NCBI GenBank assembly: GCA_013265495.1
Contig: MU058718.1
Coordinates: 2,627,779-2,691,778 of the forward strand
Origin: Vicugna vicugna
Lineage: Eukaryota
DNA length: 64,000 nucleotides
Reading direction: 5' to 3'
The translations under genes were made by a program, and so were the position numbers. Under the pieces are notes generated by a model. The model searched no databases. It was not told the origin of the DNA and saw only the letters and a program-made list of their open reading frames with translations. Positions 61,848-64,000 of this stretch are shown in pieces. How positions within the stretch are numbered: the first letter of the stretch is position 1; each line of letters starts with the position of its first letter.

Positions 61848-62415
61848 TGTTGGCCCCAGGATCACACCCCTGCCCCTCCCTCGATTAGAAACCAATTACT
61901 CTTCTCTAAGTCCTAGGAGGCAGCTGCAGAGGAAAAAACAAGAACTGATAGAGCCCACCCAGTCCAAGACGGCGGAGGATTTGACCCAGTGGACCTGGAG
62001 CCTCGTTATATGCTCATTGTAACGTATTAGCACGCTAAATGACACATCCCCAGCGCCATGACACTTGATGATTACCATGACAACCAGAAAAGTCCACACA
62101 AGGACTGAAAAACTCGAACAAGAACTGATTGGCTCCATCGCACCTGGAAGGAGGACAAGATGGTGGAAGCCTCTCATAACAGTCCACGTGGCCCGACCCC
62201 AGTGGAGCTGTCCCGACTGCCCAGCTTGCCTAACAGCTCCCGACTCGAGCACCTTTTCCTCTCAGGAGCGCTTTTCTTCCATTTCCCCTTCTGAGCAATA
62301 AGATCACTGTTCACTTCATCCCTCTGCCTCTGCTGTGCGAATTCTTTCACAGTTGGTGGCAAGACCTCACACTTTGGCGGGCCTCCTAATTTAGGGGTCC
62401 CTCCATCTGCTAACA
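61848..62415 (+). mobile_element. MER41-like ERV1 solo LTR
   Basis: TGTTGG...CTAACA termini; MER41-like core ccaagacggcgg...cctcgttatatgctcattgtaacgtattagcacgctaaatgacacatccccagcgccatgaca. Confidence 0.7.
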
Positions 62416-63671
62416 GAAGCCTCCACTGCCATTCACGCACCCTGCTTCTGACCCTTGGAGGGTCATGGGGCTCTGAGATCACAAGGGAACAGATGCTAGA
62501 AAGGGAGGGATTTCCCCCTCCTGCAAGTCCTGAAGATAAAAGAAACCCTGGACCTTCCCTGATAAATCGCCCTTCTTGGTTTTCCTTGTGCAGGAACTAT
62601 TTTCCGTGCCAGGTGAATACTTTCTAGGTCCCAAATGAATACAGTGAAGAAAAGGTTAAGTACTGTCAAGGAAGATTCGCGGGTTTCTTCATTCTAGAAA
62701 AATGATTCAGAAGATTGAAGTTTACAAACAATCTGCTTATTCTATAAATAAGATCAGATTCAGAACTTTTCTTATCACCTCCCTCTGAGGTACTTGCACT
62801 CCAAATTGTACTATAAGACAGTAAATTGGAGGTAAATTTTTGCAAATCAAGACAGATGCAGGTCCATGTCCTTGATTTCCCACTTAACAGCAGCAGGGAC
62901 TTTGGGAAATGTCAGCCTTTCTAAATTCCTTGTCTATAAAATGGAGGAGAATTAGAGCGCCCCCAGTGCAGAGCCAGTGTCAAGGGCTTGGATGCAGTTA
63001 GTTTACTAGGGCTGGTGGTGAGGGTGATCTCAGAAAGCAGAAATGTAGGAGGAAAGAAAATGAAACAGATATGGAGGAAAAGCCAGTATGATGTGTTATT
63101 GGGCTGGTTACTATTCTGGTCAATTGAGACTCAGGCTTGCCAGAGACCCTCTGAGAAATCCTACGAGTGTACCCCCGAATCATCCTCTGAAAGGTGGGCG
63201 CCTGAGATATTTATCCAGACTCTCATCCTCATTGGTTGTGGACTGCCCACCCCCCCGGGGGAAGAATGAGTCATCACTATAGCTGTGGCTGAAATCAGAA
63301 GTGGGTCACTGGATGTGACATGAGTCCAAAGATGTCTGCTCTGGGAAATCAGTAATGTCCATGTTGTAGAGTTACTGTGAGAATTAAATGCAAGGGTGTC
63401 TATACAATGTTTAGCATCATGCTTGGCACATAGTTAAGTGCCTACTGAGTGTTCACTCTATGTTTGCTGTCACTGTAATTATCATCATCACTGTCATGAT
63501 TTTTACCTTTGCACTTTCTTGAATGAAAAGGACAGGGGTACATTTATGGCTTAGGGGCTCCAGGAATGACGCATAGCCCACAGCCGGTCTCCTTTATACC
63601 ATGATTACCTTGCCCTGTGGCCAACTGTTATGATTATTATGGGTTATTATAGTATTTTTGCTTCCTCCCTT

Positions 63672-63695
63672 TGTGTGTGTGTGTGTGTGTGTGTG
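63672..63695. repeat. (TG)12 microsatellite
   Basis: Direct reading. Confidence 0.95.
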
Positions 63696-63834
63696 TTGTC
63701 AAAATTTGGGTACAAGAAGGCATATTCTGTCATTTGCATGGGGTGGAAGAAAGGCTGCTCACCATCACTCTGCAGCAGCCCTGGCCAAACTTCCCCGAAA
63801 TGATGGGAAGTTTCTCTGTCTCTGACGTCCATTC

Positions 63835-63975
63835 CACTGGGCCCTAGCTGCACGTGGCACCTGGGCACTTGAAATATGGTTAGTGGGGCGGAGGAACTGA
63901 ATTTTTTCATTTTATTCAATTCTAGTTAATTTAAATCTAAATTTTAAAAGCTACATGTGGACACAGTGGAGGGCA
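63835..63975. mobile_element. MER3/MER33-like hAT fossil
   Basis: gcacttgaaatatggttagtg...gaggaactgaatttt..cattttatt..attctagttaatttaaat...agctacatgtgg. Confidence 0.65.
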
Positions 63976-64000
63976 ATTAGAGATGGTGTTCTCAGTGGAT

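Noticed and set aside
44100..64000. A third gene such as GNG2, the neighbour in human
   Set aside because: No G-protein gamma or other recognisable coding exon seen; ORFs here fall in TEs or look random. Non-coding transcripts cannot be excluded.

Overview
Mammalian genomic DNA, probably camelid: it carries three copies of a tRNA-Ala-like SINE resembling the camelid Vic-1 family, plus cetartiodactyl-type L1 3' ends. Two intact protein-coding genes lie tail-to-tail. The + strand holds the last 13 coding exons of NID2 (nidogen-2; 8628-29133; 4 EGF modules, 2 thyroglobulin type-1 modules and the YWTD beta-propeller, ending ...YPYCPTGRK*); its 5' exons lie upstream of the window. The - strand holds the complete 8-exon RTRAF (C14orf166/CGI-99; 43847-30121; 735 nt = 244 aa), with a CpG-island promoter carrying paired CCAAT boxes. 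All splice junctions were read by hand as GT-AG with matching phases. The two poly(A) signals are only about 150 bp apart. The rest is intronic or intergenic and rich in L1, L2, MIR, hAT/mariner fossils and ERV solo LTRs, especially at 47-64 kb. I found no evidence of a new gene or novel biological system. The best second-look items are a decayed intragenic duplicate next to a NID2 EGF exon, the compact convergent 3' ends with overlapping two-way poly(A) hexamers, a MER41-like LTR, and a 243-bp tandem duplication beside an assembly gap. Repeat family names are from recall, and repeat boundaries are approximate unless TSDs or TIRs are quoted.
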